From NCBI GenBank assembly GCA_009692555.1, contig SHYY01000007.1:3259-67258 (forward strand): a DNA stretch of 64,000 nt, written 5' to 3'. Positions 36,759-49,291 of the stretch are shown here, one piece after another. The translations under genes were made by a program, and so were the position numbers. This DNA comes from Myxococcales bacterium (lineage in GTDB: Bacteria; Myxococcota_A; Polyangia; Palsa-1104; SHYY01). Position 1 is the stretch's first letter. Every line of letters begins with the position of its first letter. The notes beneath the pieces are model-generated. The model ran no database searches. It was given only the letters and a program-made list of their open reading frames with translations, and was not told where the DNA came from.

Positions 36759-37718
36759 CTACGGCTTCGGATGCGCCGCGAGGAAGCCGTAGATCGCCTC
36801 GGCGAACGCCAGTCCCTTCGTCTGGTCGGGGTGCAGCGAGCCGAACTTCGGGATGTGGCCGCCGCCCTGGATTGTCCACAGCTCCGCAGCGCCGCCCTTG
36901 CAGCCGGTCCAGCGCTCGACGATCGTCTCGGCGCCCGCCAGCGAGCCGTCGAGATCGAGCGCGGTGCCCTTCTCCGCGGTCGCCTTGCAGCCGTTGCGCG
37001 TGACCCATCCACCGACGCTGTCGCGCGCCGACGGGTAGGCCCGGTTGGTCGACCCGCCGCCATAGCCGATCTTGTCGTCGGCGTCGCCGTGGACCTGGAG
37101 GACCGCCACCGGCTCCTTGCCCGGGCAGAGCTTGGGATCCTTCCAGCCGGCGCCCGCGAGGCTGACGATCCCGGCGATGCGCGGCGAGAGATCGCACGCC
37201 AGCCGGTGCGCCATGAAGCCGCCGTTGGAGTGGCCAGCGACGAAGATGCGCTTCTTGTCGACGTTGTACTTCGCGCTCATGTCGTCGATCACCGCGCCGA
37301 GGTAGGCCACGTCGTCGACCCCGGTGGCGAAGAAGTCGCAGCAGGCGTCGGTGCCGTTCCAGAACCGCTGGGGCATGGCCTGCTGGTCGAGCGTGCCGTC
37401 GGGGTAGGCGTAGAGGAAGCCACGCTTGTCGACCAGCGCGCTCATCTCGAAGTAGCTGTTCTGGATCGCGCCGCTGGCCCCGAAGCCGTGGAGGAGGATC
37501 AGGAGCGGCGTCGGCTTGGCGGCGTCGTAGCCGCTCGGCACCTTGGCCATGTAGGGGCGATCCTTGAGCGGCCCGGCCATCGCCAGATCGGGCGATTCGG
37601 CGAGGTCGGGGGAGGCCGTCATGCTCAGATCGGGCGCCAGGGCGAGGTCCGGCGCCTCGGAGGGCGAGCCGGAGCAGCCAATCAGCGACGGGAGGAGGAG
37701 GCAGGCAAGCAGGCGCAT
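36759..37718 (-). CDS. Secreted esterase, PHB depolymerase/LpqC family (lipoprotein-like)
   Basis: PLLILLHGFG, YAYPDG, DDVAYL, RIFVAGHSNGG, VHGDAD and GGGH. Confidence 0.9.
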   Translation of the reverse strand: MRLLACLLLPSLIGCSGSPSEAPDLALAPDLSMTASPDLAESPDLAMAGPLKDRPYMAKVPSGYDAAKPTPLLILLHGFGASGAIQNSYFEMSALVDKRGFLYAYPDGTLDQQAMPQRFWNGTDACCDFFATGVDDVAYLGAVIDDMSAKYNVDKKRIFVAGHSNGGFMAHRLACDLSPRIAGIVSLAGAGWKDPKLCPGKEPVAVLQVHGDADDKIGYGGGSTNRAYPSARDSVGGWVTRNGCKATAEKGTALDLDGSLAGAETIVERWTGCKGGAAELWTIQGGGHIPKFGSLHPDQTKGLAFAEAIYGFLAAHPKP

Positions 37719-37750
37719 CGTCGGATGCTAACCGCAATCCGCCGCGCGTC

Positions 37751-38380
37751 CTACGGCGGCGGAAACATGCAGGTGCCCGGCTCGCCGTAGCACAGCCCAC
37801 CGATGCAGAAGCCGGCGCACTCGAGGTCCGATTTGCAGACCTTGCGCTCGCAGTGCGGGTTGTTCGGCGGCAGGCAGGCGAAGTTCGCCGGGCAGTCCTT
37901 GTCCTTCAGACAGACGTTGTTGATGCAGCGATTGGTGGGCGCGCAAAACTGCCACGCCTGGCAGTCGCCGTTCTTCGAGCAGCCCTCCTTGCAGAGCTTC
38001 TCGCCGTTGCAGGTGCACACGCCGGGCTCGCAGATCATCTTCGCTCCCATCGCCTTGCACTGGGCGTCGGACAGGCAGGGATCGGCCACCTTCATGCAAA
38101 TGCCGCAGCCGGGGTGGGCGCCCGGAGCGAGGCAGAGCTCGCCGTTCTTGCAGTCCTGCGGCGTACGGCATCGGTCCTTCGCGAGCGCGAGATCGGGCGG
38201 GCTCACCAGGTCCTTCGGAGGCGCGGCGTCGACGGTGGCGAGATCAGAGGTCGCCAGATCGGCGGTCGCGTCGCCATCGCGCCGGAGGGCGGCGAGGTCA
38301 GCGGGGGAGCCGTCGCCCGCGGAGGGGAGAGAGGTGCCGCAACTGGCGGCGAGGAGGGTGGTCAGGAGGAGCGCCGGCAT
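37751..38380 (-). CDS. Cys-rich myxobacterial-type lipoprotein
   Basis: LLTTLLAASC lipobox followed by repeated C-x-x-x-x-D-C motifs. Confidence 0.8.
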   Translation of the reverse strand: MPALLLTTLLAASCGTSLPSAGDGSPADLAALRRDGDATADLATSDLATVDAAPPKDLVSPPDLALAKDRCRTPQDCKNGELCLAPGAHPGCGICMKVADPCLSDAQCKAMGAKMICEPGVCTCNGEKLCKEGCSKNGDCQAWQFCAPTNRCINNVCLKDKDCPANFACLPPNNPHCERKVCKSDLECAGFCIGGLCYGEPGTCMFPPP

Positions 38381-38429
38381 GGCCCATCATCGCACAACCG
38401 GCGACGGGCGGAGGCGGGCGCCAGGCGGG

Positions 38430-39344
38430 CTACTTGCCGAGGCGGTAGGTCGAGAACTGCGCGTCCATCCGCTGGTCCTGCCCGGTCGAGAACCGGTCCA
38501 TGCAGGAGTCGTCGGTGTAATCCATGAAATTGTAGATCGGGTCGAGGCCCGGATCGCGGGTGCAGCTGTCGCGGCCGACCGGACAGCCGAAGGCGGCCGA
38601 CTTCTCCTGGGGCGTGTCGCTGACGTAGTCGTTGTTCTTCTGGCAGCCGCCCTGGAAGGCGTGGTAGAGGCCCATCCAGTGGCCGACCTCGTGGGTCGCG
38701 GTGTCGCCGAGGTTGTAGGGCACCGCCGAGCCGCCGGGCAGCGACGAGAAGAGGACCACCACGCCGTCCAGCTTCGGGGAGCCGGCGTAGCTGGACGGGA
38801 AGGTCGCCCAGCCGAGCAGGCCACCACCCATGTTGTTCGAGTAGGCGTTGAGATCATCCGCGGTCCCGATGCGGAGGGCGTTCTTCATCTGCGTCTCGCC
38901 CGTCGTGCCGGGGCCGGCGGTGTACCAGGTGTTGTTGGTGGTGCGATCGGTGCTCACGAGCATGAACTGCCAGCCGGTCGACGCGTAGGCGGCGTTCAGG
39001 ACGTTCATCTGGTCGGTGATCATCTGGCTCGTCACGTCGCCGTTGGCGATGCCGGTGCCCTTGTTGATGACGTGCCAGTAGACGTTGATCGTGCCGCCGG
39101 TGACCGCGGCCGCGGCGAGCACCCGGGTGTGGGCCTCGACGGCGTCGGTCTCGGCCTCGCTCATGTTGCGCGTTCCGCAGCGATTGAAGGCCGCGTTGCC
39201 GTTCGCGTTGTCCGCGCCGCCGCCGAGGGGCTGCGAGATCTCCTCGTCGCTGCCTTCGAGGCCGCAGGCCACGAGACCAAGCGCCGCGCCGAGGGCGAGC
39301 ACGTTGCGAAGGGAGGTGGAAGAGAAGCGGCGTCCGATCATCAT
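38430..39344 (-). CDS. Secreted zinc metalloprotease, M43 (pappalysin/ulilysin) family
   Basis: RCGT prodomain motif, INVYWHVI, HEVGHWMGLYH and NFMDYTDD. Confidence 0.95.
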   Translation of the reverse strand: MMIGRRFSSTSLRNVLALGAALGLVACGLEGSDEEISQPLGGGADNANGNAAFNRCGTRNMSEAETDAVEAHTRVLAAAAVTGGTINVYWHVINKGTGIANGDVTSQMITDQMNVLNAAYASTGWQFMLVSTDRTTNNTWYTAGPGTTGETQMKNALRIGTADDLNAYSNNMGGGLLGWATFPSSYAGSPKLDGVVVLFSSLPGGSAVPYNLGDTATHEVGHWMGLYHAFQGGCQKNNDYVSDTPQEKSAAFGCPVGRDSCTRDPGLDPIYNFMDYTDDSCMDRFSTGQDQRMDAQFSTYRLGK

Positions 39345-39449
39345 GGTTTTCGTCTCTAAAAACGTTAACCACTCTTAGATAAAACCGATCCCCGGCGTCA
39401 ACTGTAAACAAAGAATCCAGAAGTCGAGCAGAGCGGGCCGGCCCAGGGC

Positions 39450-39698
39450 TCAGAGCCGCTCCGCAGCGTCGGGAAACCGCTTTGCCAGCCAGCCCGCCAG
39501 CTCCTCCGGATCGAACTTGAACGGGCCCTGCCCTCCCTTGTAGCGGATCACCCCTTCCTCGACGACGTAGAGGCGTTCCGGCCAGCCGGCATAGAGCCGA
39601 TTGGCCTCATTCTCGATGGGATCGACCAGCAGCGGAATCCCGTAGTGAAAGCGTTTCACGAAATCACGGACGAGAAGGATCTTCCTGCGCATGTTCAC
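39450..39698 (-). pseudogene. C-terminal fragment of an iodothyronine deiodinase-like thioredoxin-fold protein
   Basis: IPLLVDPIENEANRLYAGWPERLYVVE.G.IRYKGGQGPFKFDPEEL..WL is present. The N-terminal active-site half is absent. The start overlaps the rluA stop. Confidence 0.7.
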
Positions 39699-40638
39699 CC
39701 CGGGCGCTTGAGCGCGTCCACCGCGCGCTCGAACTCCTCCGGAAGCGCGCTCTCGAAGCGCAGCGTCTCGCCGGTGAGCGGGTGGACGAAGCCGAGCGTG
39801 GCCGCGTGGAGGAGCAGCCGCGGCGACGAGAGCGGCTCCCCGCCCTTGAACACGAAGTCGCGGATGTAGACCTTCTCACCGACGATGGGATGGCCGTTCT
39901 CGGCGAGGTGGATGCGGATCTGATGGGTCTTGCCGGTCTCCAGACGCACCTCGCACCGCGTGGCCGAGGGACCGACCGGCTCGATCACCCGGACGTGCGT
40001 CACCGCGCGCTTGCCGAGGTGGAGATCGCGCGTCGAGCCGCGCAAGCCATCGCCGCGGTCGACGATGAAGCGGCTCTCGATCCGCCGATCGGTCAAGGTC
40101 CCGTGCACCACGCAGAGGTAGGTGCGCTCCACGTCGTGCGCGCGGAACAGCTCGGCGAGCCCCTTCTCGGCCGGCTTGGTCTTGGCGAAGACGATCAGCC
40201 CCGAGGTGTCCTTGTCGATCCGGTGCACGACGTGGAGCGGGATCTCGGTCGCCTTCTTCCCCACTCGCCGCCACAGGGCGCGGATCAGATCCATCGCCGT
40301 GTCGCCGTCGCCGGCCTGGGACGAAATCCCTTTCTGGTGGAACGGCACCGACGAGATCCCCGACGGCTTGTCGAGCACCACCAGCTGCGAGTCCTCGTGA
40401 ACGATCGCCCCGCGCGGCGGCGGCAGCGGAACCCGCGCGGTCAGGCGCAGCTCCACCTCCTGCCCCGCGCGCAGGCGCCGCGCCGGATCGGTGATGCACT
40501 CCCCGTCGACGAACAGCTTGCCGCGCTCGGCGAGCCGCTTCGCCTCGCTCCACGCCGCGGCGAGCCCGTGCGCGCGCACGATCGCCGCGAGCGTCTTGTC
40601 GGATTCCCCGACAGCGACGGTGAAGCGCGGCTCAGGGC

Positions 40639-40642
<4 letters not shown>
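39695..40642 (-). CDS. rluA: RluA/RluD family pseudouridine synthase with an S4-like N-terminus
   Basis: VLDKPSG, VHRIDKDTSGL, GKTHQIRIH and LLLHAATLGF. ATGA overlap with boxB. Confidence 0.93.
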
Positions 40643-42054
<1,412 letters not shown>

Positions 42055-42139
42055 TCAGTCCTTTCTTGAGGAAAAGTGTGACCCGCGGAGGGGCGCGCCG
42101 ATCGGCTCCCGGTTCGTGCATCACGCGTCTCAAACGTTC

Positions 42140-43819
<1,680 letters not shown>

Positions 43820-43848
43820 GGGCGTGATTCCAGCCGATCTGACGATGG

Positions 43849-43867
43849 CTGGCAAGCGATATGCCAG
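43849..43867. promoter_or_regulatory. Palindromic sigma54-like -24/-12 site upstream of boxC
   Basis: CTGGCAAGCGATATGCCAG. The minus strand reads TGGCATA-TCGC-TTGC with correct GG-N10-GC spacing, about 33 nt before the boxC ATG. Confidence 0.55.
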
Positions 43868-43979
43868 CTTTTCATTGAAAATCGCGGACTTGCGAACGAA
43901 GGAGCGCTGCACGCGGGCCGTCTCTGGTCTGTAAGTGCTCAGACAGTTTGCGGAAATTTACAAGAGCAACTTCTCCTCA

Positions 43980-43992
43980 GAATGGGCGATAA
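43980..43992 (+). promoter_or_regulatory. Motif GAATGGGCGATAA, shared with the upstream region of the other DUF4157 gene
   Basis: 12/13 identical to GAATCGGCGATAA (11270->11258, minus strand); 46 versus 47 nt before the respective ATG. Confidence 0.5.
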
Positions 43993-44038
43993 CTACGTAA
44001 GGAAATGTCTCCGCCCTCCCCGATACCGGACACCCACC

Positions 44039-47000
44039 ATGGCTGAAAAAGCGATCGGCGCGGCGCTGCGGGCTCCCCGCAAGCAGACGGAGGAGCTCTC
44101 CCAGGAGCTCGCGGCGAACGAGCAGCTCTTCCAGAGCGGCGTCGAGCACGAGCTGCAGGCGCTGATCGCCCAGTACGGCCCGGATCCAGAACGGATCGTC
44201 GCGCTCCTCGGCGAGAAGGCGCCCTGGCAGCGCCGCCGCGCAGCCGAGCGCCTCGCCGCGGACTACGGCCAGGAGACCGCCGACATCCTGCTCCGCTGCG
44301 CCGCCAACCGCGCCATCTTCGACAACCATCACCCGGTGATCGAGCGCCTGCGCGGCGCCTCGAAGCGCGGTCCGAAGGGCCACGGTTTGCTGCTCGCCGA
44401 GGCGCTCAAGAGGCGCGCCCGGGGCCAACGCGCCAAGCTCCCCGAAAACCTCCGCGCCCGCACCCGCGCCCTCCCCGAGTCCGTCCGCGTCGGACTGGAG
44501 CGCACCGTCGGTGAGAGCGCCTCCAACATCCGCGTGCTGGCCGATCACGAGGCGGGCGAGGCGGTGCGCGCGGTGGGCGCAGTCGCCGCCACCACCGAAG
44601 GGATCATCCTCCTCTCCGAGGGGCGCTTCCGACCCGACACCGCCGAGGGGCAGGAGCTGCTCGCCCACGAGGCGGTGCACGCCCTCCAGCAGCGCGGCGG
44701 CGACGGCAGCGGGCTCTCTTCGGGCGCCGCCGAGCACGAAGCAGACGCCATCGCCGCAGAGGTCGTCGCGCCGCAAGAAGGCGCCGCGCGGATGCCGATC
44801 GCGGCGCCGGTCGGACGGCAGGCGATCGCGCGCAAGACCGACGCGGGCGCCCCCGCCGCGGCCACCAAGAAGACCCTCACCTTCAAGCTCGGGCAGACCA
44901 CCGCCAAGGCCACCCTCGATGTCCCGGGCGGCGACGCGGCGTCGGGCAGCGGCACCACGGTCAAGAGCAGCGAGCTGAAGCTGAGCGATCTGAACGCCCT
45001 CCTCCCCGAGGGGATCAAGTTCACCGACGCCACGGTCAAGGTGAAGATCAACGGCGAGAAGCTCGGCGCCGCGGTCACGATCAAGGCGAAGTACGAGGGC
45101 AAGGCGCCCTACCTGAAGCCGGTCGACTTCACGTTCAAGTGCGACACCGAAGGCAACCTCTCGGCGAAGGTCAAGCTGGAGCTCGACATCCCCGGCTTCT
45201 GCAACGCCAAGAGCGACGACATCGTGATCTCGAAGGAGGGGATCGACGCGGAGATCAAGATCACCACCGCGACCTTCAAGATCCCGGGGGTCGGCGGCGA
45301 GGGCGGCCTCACCGTCGCTGGCGAGCTGACCGCCAAGGTCAAGAAGAACCAGCTCGAGTCGATCGACGGCGAGGCGAACCTCACCCTCCCCGACGGCTTC
45401 GGGACGGCGAAGATCAGCGCGCAGGTGGCGGGCGGCAAGCTCGGTGAGGTCACCGCCGACGTCAAGAGCAGCGCCATCCCCGGCCTTGGCACGGTGAGCT
45501 GCAAGCTGAAGTGGTCCGAGAAGGGCGGCTTCGAGCTCGACAAGCTGGACGTCCCGGTCACCGCCATCCCGGGGATCAAGGGCAAGGTCGTCCTCTCCTA
45601 CAAGAAGGGCAAGGGCTTCGCCGTCGACGGGAAGGACATCAAGTTCACCGCCAAGGCGCTCGAGAAGCTCGAGATCAAGAAGGTCACGATCGACAAGAAC
45701 GGCCTCGCGGCGACGGTGAAGATCGCCGGGGTCAGCCTCGAGGTGCCCGGCTGGCTGAAGATCACCGGCCTGAAGGGCACCGTCGAGCTCAAGGGCGCGT
45801 CGGTGGCGTGCAAGGACGTCGGGGGCAACGTCGCGGTCGCGGACGGCAAGGCCAAGGGCACCTTCACCGCGTCGCTGGTCGACGGGGAGTTCAAGGCCAA
45901 GGGCAAGATCACCACGCTCACCGTGGCGCCGAAGATCATCACCATCGGCGCGGGCGGGCTGGCCTTCGATATCGATGTCGGCGGCGAGAGCAATAGCGCC
46001 GAGGTGACCGGCACCATCGCGATCAAGCTCGGCACGCTCGCCACCGGGAAGATCGAGAAGGTCGGCTTCAAGGACGGCTACTTCACCGGCAAGGGGGAGC
46101 TGCCGTTCACCAAGGGCGTGCTGAAGGGCTTGAAGATCAGCGTCGAGCTGCTCGCCGCGTCGCCCTTTGTCAAGGCGGAGATCGACGCCAAGAACCTGGT
46201 GGGCAAGAAGCTCGACGTATCCGTCCCGGGCCCCTACAAGGTCGATGTCACCTGCACCAAGGCCAACCTCAAGCTGTCGGGCGATCTCTCGGATGTGGAG
46301 GGAACGATCGGCGGCTCGGTGAAGGTCGACGGCGGCAAGCTCGCCGAGGGCGACTTCGAGCTCAAGGCCGAGAAGGGGAACGTCGAGGGCGATCTCAAGG
46401 TCAAGGTGAAGGAGATCCCCGGCCTGAAGATGAAGGGCGGGGAATTCAAGCTTCACGTCAAAAACGACAAGATCACCACAGGCTCCGGAGACGCCACTTT
46501 CACCTTCGAGAAGTTCGTCAAGGGCGACGTCAAGGTCGCCTACTCCACCGCCAAGGGCTTCTCGATCGAGGGCAAGGGGCTGACCGTCGACATCCCCGGA
46601 TTCCCGTTCGATATCAAGCCGTTCGACGTCGCCTACGCCGACGGGAAGTTCAGCGCCAAGAACGTCACCGGCGTGCTCAAGCCGGGCAAGGTCCCCGGGG
46701 TCCAGACCGCCACCGTGGTGGTCAACTTCGTCGACAACAAGCTGAAGATCGAGCTCAAGGACGTCGCCTTCACCATCCCGCAGCTGAAGAAGACCTCGCT
46801 GTCGGCGAAGTGGGACGACGGCAAGTGGGAGGTCGCGGGCGAAGCCGATCTCGACCTGCCGAAGGGCCTGAAGTGCAAGGCCAAGTTCGGCGCCGACAAC
46901 GGCAAGGGCAACGACCTCAACTTCAACTGCTCGATCGAGCTGTCGACGACGGAGCTGAAGAAGATCATCCCGGGCGTGGAGGTCACGTCGGGGAAGATCA

Positions 47001-48631
47001 CCTTCAAGTACCAGGACGGCAAGCTCACCTGCGAGGGCGGGGAGCTCGGGTTGAAGCTCGCCAACGGCGTGCTGGCGGGGAGCCTGAAGTTCACGCTCAA
47101 CGAGGACAAGACCTTCAACGCGACCGGCAAGTTCAAGCTGACGCTGAAGTTCATCAAGGCGAAGGAGATCGAGGTCAAGGTCACCAACAACGTGCTCGAG
47201 CGCGTGGCGGTCACCGGCCTCGAGCTCGACCTCCCGGCGGGCAAGGGCAAGGGCGCGCTCACCGGCGACGCGAGCTACGACAACGGCAAGTTCAACTGCG
47301 CGCTGACCGCCCAGATGACCGACCTGCCGTGGGTGGCGCAGGCGTCGGCCACCGTCGTGATCAAGGACGGCAAGTGGGAGAAGTTCGAGGCCACCGGGCA
47401 GCTCAAGAAGACCCCGGGGATCGATCTTTCGGGGATCAAGTTCGGCGGCAAGCTGGCGGGCGGCGAGCCCTCGTTCTTCGCCGACGGCACCGTGCCGATC
47501 ACCGGGATCAAGGACCCGCTCAAGTTCCACCTGCTGATCAGCGCGAGCAAGTTCGAGGTCGGCCTCGAGGGCTCGTTCGAGATCAAGGGGCTCGGCAAGG
47601 CGACGGTGAAGGCCGATCTGTCGAACGACGGCTTCCGCGCCGAGCTGACCATCGCCCCGACGAACACCAAGCTGGTCAAGAAGGCGAGCGGCTTCATCGA
47701 GTACAAGGGTGGCACCCTCACCTTCGGCGGCGAGGTCACGATCGTCATCGCCAAGGAGTTCGAGGGCAGCGTCAAGTTCGCCAAGCTCGCCGACGGAGAC
47801 TTCGAGTTCAAGGGCACGATCAAGCCGACCAGCACCGGCGGCGGCGAGAGCAAGAAGAAGAAGCTTTTCTACAAGGCGATCGAGCCGCCGGGCGTCGCGA
47901 TTCCCTACGGCATCCCGGGGCTGCTCGACGTGCACATCGGCGCGGGCGTCAAGGGCAGCCTCGAGGCCGGCATCTACATGCCGGCGTTCAAGTTCCTCGG
48001 CGCGACGGTGTCGGGCAAGCTGTCGGAGCTCGAGAAGGGCGATCTGCCGAACGCCGAGGTGCGGGTGCAGGCCTCGGCGGGCGCGTACGCGGAGGCCAGC
48101 CTCGGGGCGCGCGTCTACGTCGGCGCGAGCGTGCTCGGGGCGAGCCTCGATCTCCAGGGCGAGGCGACCGCCAAGCTCGAGGCGAAGGCGATGATCAACG
48201 CCGCCGCGACGCTGGTGAAGGACGGCAGCAACTACAAGTTCACCGCCGAGCTGAACGCCGAGCTGGGCGCGGCGCTGAAGCTGGCGATCGGGCTCGCGCT
48301 GGTGCTGAAGTTCGTCGGCGCGGAGCTGTGGCGGCACGGGCTGGCCTCGAAGGAGCTGGCGCTGGGCGAGTTCAACCTCGGCAAGTTCCCGCTGAAGAAG
48401 CTCGAGTACACCTTCGGCGGACCGAAGAAGGAGCCGGCCAAGGAAGAGGTCACGCCGCCCGAGCCGAAGACCGACATCATCAAGAACGCCGGCCTCGAGA
48501 TGGGCAAGCAGAAGGCCGCCGAGGCGAAGGACGAGGCGATCCGCAAGGTGAAGGAGTCCAAGGCCTACAAGGCGGCGGCGGCGGTGGCCAACGCGGCCTC
48601 GAAGGCCTGGAACTTCGTCACCAGCTGGTAG
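44039..48631 (+). CDS. Giant (~1530 aa) DUF4157 (eCIS core) protein with a long Lys/Gly-rich beta-strand repeat region
   Basis: LPESVRVGLERTVG..IRV..GAVAATT..FRPDTAEGQELLAHEAVHALQQ, followed by about 1200 aa of alternating-hydrophobic beta strands. AAG-rich codon bias supports this strand. Confidence 0.85.
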   Translation: MAEKAIGAALRAPRKQTEELSQELAANEQLFQSGVEHELQALIAQYGPDPERIVALLGEKAPWQRRRAAERLAADYGQETADILLRCAANRAIFDNHHPVIERLRGASKRGPKGHGLLLAEALKRRARGQRAKLPENLRARTRALPESVRVGLERTVGESASNIRVLADHEAGEAVRAVGAVAATTEGIILLSEGRFRPDTAEGQELLAHEAVHALQQRGGDGSGLSSGAAEHEADAIAAEVVAPQEGAARMPIAAPVGRQAIARKTDAGAPAAATKKTLTFKLGQTTAKATLDVPGGDAASGSGTTVKSSELKLSDLNALLPEGIKFTDATVKVKINGEKLGAAVTIKAKYEGKAPYLKPVDFTFKCDTEGNLSAKVKLELDIPGFCNAKSDDIVISKEGIDAEIKITTATFKIPGVGGEGGLTVAGELTAKVKKNQLESIDGEANLTLPDGFGTAKISAQVAGGKLGEVTADVKSSAIPGLGTVSCKLKWSEKGGFELDKLDVPVTAIPGIKGKVVLSYKKGKGFAVDGKDIKFTAKALEKLEIKKVTIDKNGLAATVKIAGVSLEVPGWLKITGLKGTVELKGASVACKDVGGNVAVADGKAKGTFTASLVDGEFKAKGKITTLTVAPKIITIGAGGLAFDIDVGGESNSAEVTGTIAIKLGTLATGKIEKVGFKDGYFTGKGELPFTKGVLKGLKISVELLAASPFVKAEIDAKNLVGKKLDVSVPGPYKVDVTCTKANLKLSGDLSDVEGTIGGSVKVDGGKLAEGDFELKAEKGNVEGDLKVKVKEIPGLKMKGGEFKLHVKNDKITTGSGDATFTFEKFVKGDVKVAYSTAKGFSIEGKGLTVDIPGFPFDIKPFDVAYADGKFSAKNVTGVLKPGKVPGVQTATVVVNFVDNKLKIELKDVAFTIPQLKKTSLSAKWDDGKWEVAGEADLDLPKGLKCKAKFGADNGKGNDLNFNCSIELSTTELKKIIPGVEVTSGKITFKYQDGKLTCEGGELGLKLANGVLAGSLKFTLNEDKTFNATGKFKLTLKFIKAKEIEVKVTNNVLERVAVTGLELDLPAGKGKGALTGDASYDNGKFNCALTAQMTDLPWVAQASATVVIKDGKWEKFEATGQLKKTPGIDLSGIKFGGKLAGGEPSFFADGTVPITGIKDPLKFHLLISASKFEVGLEGSFEIKGLGKATVKADLSNDGFRAELTIAPTNTKLVKKASGFIEYKGGTLTFGGEVTIVIAKEFEGSVKFAKLADGDFEFKGTIKPTSTGGGESKKKKLFYKAIEPPGVAIPYGIPGLLDVHIGAGVKGSLEAGIYMPAFKFLGATVSGKLSELEKGDLPNAEVRVQASAGAYAEASLGARVYVGASVLGASLDLQGEATAKLEAKAMINAAATLVKDGSNYKFTAELNAELGAALKLAIGLALVLKFVGAELWRHGLASKELALGEFNLGKFPLKKLEYTFGGPKKEPAKEEVTPPEPKTDIIKNAGLEMGKQKAAEAKDEAIRKVKESKAYKAAAAVANAASKAWNFVTSW

Positions 48632-48635
48632 CTTA

Positions 48636-48826
48636 GGGCCCGCGAACGGACAACTCGATCGCCCTCGCGGCCGATGCATCCCGGCTGGCTTCGGGGGGCT
48701 TGCCCCCCTTCTGTGTTTTTGGGGGGAAGCTCCTCCGTCAAATACAGAGAGTATTCTCCGTCGTCGCGCCTCGCCATCCGGGCGCCTCGGCCGCGATCAT
48801 CGATCGACTTGTCCATTCGCGGGCCC
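48636..48826. mobile_element. 191-bp MITE-like element with 26-bp terminal inverted repeats, flanked by TTA direct repeats
   Basis: GGGCCCGCGAACGGACAACTCGATCG versus the reverse complement of the right end GGGCCCGCGAATGGACAAGTCGATCG (24/26). TTA at 48633-48635 and 48827-48829. Confidence 0.8.
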
Positions 48827-48868
48827 TTACCGTCGGTGGCGGGCGGCTACGGGCAGCCCGTGAACGGA

Positions 48869-49291
48869 TCAAAGATCGATCACGCGCAACCCGCGCAGGT
48901 GGCGTGCGATGCGCGCGAAGTCGCCTGGGTTGGTCGTCACGACGGGGAGCCCCAGGCCGCGCGCGGTGAGGGCGATGAGGACATCGCTCTGGATCCGACG
49001 GAGCCCCGCGGCATCGAAGCCCTCGTCGCTGCGCAGGCGCCCCAGGATCACGCCGCATGATGCCCACTGCGCGCGCGACGGCGCCACCGGCGGCCGACCG
49101 CGCACCAGGCTCGCGATGAAGCGCCTCTCCTCGCGTCCCTCAACGCCGCGCAGCAGCTCCGAATGGACCACCGCCGATATCCAGAAGATCCATCCGCGTC
49201 GATCGATCTCCTCCGCGACCGCGTTCGATCGGAAGAGGTCGATGAGGACGCAGGTGTCAGGAACGACGAGGGTCGATGCTCCGGAACGCAT
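48869..49291 (-). CDS. vapC: PIN-domain (VapC-like) toxin
   Basis: VVPDTCVLID, ISAVVHSELLRG, SDVLIALTA and VVTTNPGDF acidic PIN motifs. The start is uncertain. Confidence 0.88.
   Translation of the reverse strand: MRSGASTLVVPDTCVLIDLFRSNAVAEEIDRRGWIFWISAVVHSELLRGVEGREERRFIASLVRGRPPVAPSRAQWASCGVILGRLRSDEGFDAAGLRRIQSDVLIALTARGLGLPVVTTNPGDFARIARHLRGLRVIDL

Noticed and set aside
43958-48679. 1573-aa ORF antisense to the giant DUF4157 gene, and similar long antisense ORFs (56805..60473, 9333..11498, 3030..4925, 13357..16185)
   Set aside because: These are shadow ORFs caused by GC3 bias on the true strand. They have no family motifs and are fully overlapped by recognisable genes.
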